A DNA stretch of 25,216 nucleotides from a bacterium (GTDB lineage Bacteria > SZUA-182 > DTGQ01 > JAFGSM01). Positions 24,731 through 25,216 of the stretch are shown here, in pieces. Both the position numbers and the translations under genes were made by a program. A model generated the notes under the pieces. That model saw only the letters and a list, made by a program, of their open reading frames with translations, made no database searches and was not told the origin of the DNA. Every line of letters begins with the position of its first letter. Position 1 is the first letter of the stretch. The DNA lies in contig JBLIRO010000072.1 in the NCBI GenBank assembly GCA_049472335.1, forward strand, positions 1 to 25,216. Reading direction: 5' to 3'.

Positions 24731-25216
24731 ATGTTATCCGGTCAAAATATTGAAATATTAAAACGTGTCATAATGGATGATGCCTATAGGGAAGCGGAAG
24801 CTATATTAGAGAAGGCAAGAAAGGAATCGGAGTCCATCAGGGAAAAGGGTATTAGTATTTCTAATGATTTGATTAAATTGAATAAATCTAATTTATCTCA
24901 AGTATCGCATTCAAATAATAGCGGAAAGCTAATATCATTGGCAGAGTTCAGGGCGCGCAGTGAGATATTACAGCGCAAGGAAGAGGTATTAAAGGGGATC
25001 ATCCTCCGGGTTCAGCAGGATTTTTTTTCACTTCCCGACCGGGCTGACTATGCGGATATATTAAAGAAGCTTATCATTGACGCGCTGAGATGTTTAAAAG
25101 GGGAGGGGAGCGAATTTGTATGCAGGCTCAACCCAAGGGACCAGGAACTACTATCTGCCGCTGTTTTTAATGATATTGGTAAAAAGATGGAAACGGACAT
25201 CTCACTGGACAATGTC
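24731..25216 (+). CDS. ntpE: V/A-type ATPase subunit E, 3'-truncated by the window end (not in the track)
   Basis: Hand translation MLSGQNIEILKRVIMDDAYREAEAILEKA...EILQRKEE...Y.DILKKLI.DAL...LNPRD is open to the end of the window and follows subunit F. Confidence 0.85.
   Translation, partial: MLSGQNIEILKRVIMDDAYREAEAILEKARKESESIREKGISISNDLIKLNKSNLSQVSHSNNSGKLISLAEFRARSEILQRKEEVLKGIILRVQQDFFSLPDRADYADILKKLIIDALRCLKGEGSEFVCRLNPRDQELLSAAVFNDIGKKMETDISLDNV

Overview
AT-rich bacterial chromosomal window with no rRNA, tRNA, CRISPR array or transposase. Left to right: (i) two tandem ~19-codon micro-ORFs missed by the ORF track (minus strand), followed by an intrinsic terminator; (ii) a LamG-VanZ membrane protein; (iii) an SxtJ-like membrane protein coupled to a NodU/CmcH carbamoyltransferase; (iv) a minus-strand run of a 1025-aa lipoprotein strongly enriched in D-P-N motifs, a stand-alone receiver that probably starts at ATT, a 59-aa Zn-ribbon protein (not in the track), a siroheme/4Fe-4S reductase-like protein and a YcbK/M15 peptidase; (v) a signalling cluster of a GAF + class III cyclase, a heptad palindrome, a PDZ-membrane-GAF-PP2C-degenerate RsbW protein, a STAS protein and an MshEN-GAF sigma54 activator, followed by a consensus sigma54 promoter and an unknown secreted protein; (vi) a Zn/Mn ABC transporter (znuACB-like); (vii) the start of a V/A-type ATPase operon (G/H-C-I-K-F-E, E truncated by the window end). 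The best candidates for new biology are the signalling circuit, the tandem micro-peptides and the DPN-rich, possibly self-cleaving lipoprotein. All family assignments come from motif recognition by eye; no searches were run.
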